Assembly: GCA_964016885.1 (NCBI GenBank)
Contig: OZ024743.1
Coordinates: 86,366,001-86,430,000, forward strand
DNA length: 64,000 nt
Direction: 5' to 3'
From: Eledone cirrhosa
Lineage: Eukaryota
Shown here in pieces: positions 62,871-64,000 of the stretch (within the stretch, counting starts at the first letter, position 1; the number at the start of each line of letters is the position of its first letter). A program made the position numbers and the translations under genes. The notes under the pieces are model-generated. The model ran no database searches and was not told where the DNA came from. It saw only the letters and a program-made list of their open reading frames with translations.

Positions 62871-63321
62871 ATACACACGCGCGCGCTCTCTCTCATACAC
62901 ACATCACGAAATAAAAAAGAAATGATTCATACACATATTTTCCAAAAATAACCCCTCTCAAAATTCTTGATTGAACGCTATCACTAATACTATACTCTGC
63001 TTTTTTAATTACCCACCACAAAAAAAAAACATGTGACAAACAAACTAAAACGCACACACACACCACGTGACAAAAGCAAACAAAAGAGCTTTGACAATAT
63101 ATAAACAACTATCCGGTTATCAAACCAACCAAACGAAAATGTATGATAAATTGGAGTGAAAACCAACAGGTGCATGTGTTTTTATTGGTAACATGACCCT
63201 CCCAAAGTATAACAATATCTGTTTCAACACACGTTTTCAGATAAGAAATCTCGTAAAACAAATTCAATAACGAAATACACATACACACACGCACATAAAC
63301 ACGTGCGCGCGCGCACATACA

Positions 63322-63425
<104 letters not shown>

Positions 63426-64000
63426 AATATATATATTAGTTTTTCTTTCTTTCCCCACCTTTTCCCTTTTTCTTTTTTAAATGTATACAACTGAATATGA
63501 AGTTTTAAATCAATAAAACTCACATGAAGTTTCTGAAGATATCTATAAATGGCACAACTGGTAAATTATCCAGTCTTGACATTAATTCTAAATACCACCT
63601 CTTTTACAGCTCCGATATGAGAACTCTTGTAGCTGTTGCTTGCGATATTTTAAACTGTTCAAATACTTATGAATAAGATTTGATTTCCATGTAACATCTT
63701 AAGTTTGGTTTTATTACAATTGATCTTGATAAAACCAAACTTATTGAAATTTTTAACCTTAAAAAAAAACGTATCTTCCTTCTTATCAGAAAAAAAAACG
63801 TTATCTTCCTTCATATATCTGGCAACATGTTGAACTAAATTGATTACAAGATTGGCAATATAATTCATAAGTTCATCGTCATCGTCGTCGTCATCGTAAT
63901 CACCACGATCACCATAACCACCACCACCATCCAAGTTTTCTACACTTGGATACCATTTCTATCATCAATCACATTGGCGTGTGTACTGTGTAATAGGAAA

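Overview
Gene-free, repeat-saturated eukaryotic DNA, most likely octopus (inferred from the SINE families, RTE/Dong/Penelope content and dense TA/CA/TACA microsatellites). No host gene could be supported. The centrepiece is an ~18.7-kb head-to-tail array (27.2-45.8 kb, minus strand) of four Tx1/L1-clade non-LTR retrotransposons from two families, stacked at a (GATA)n site. Copy B (30278-36094) is intact with a 23-bp TSD. In these elements the ORF1 stop overlaps a consensus splice donor and the ORF2 stop is an acceptor-like TAG|G, so ORF2 looks like an excisable intron whose removal regenerates ORF1 plus a stop (copies B and C). The window also holds about eight hammerhead ribozyme motifs in Penelope-like remnants (including a 240-bp palindrome with one on each strand), a Chapaev3 DNA transposon, CRE, R4/Dong and C2H2-tailed RTE relics, bipartite non-autonomous RTE derivatives, MITEs, Helitron-like elements and many SINEs. 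All calls were made by eye; element boundaries are approximate unless a junction is quoted.
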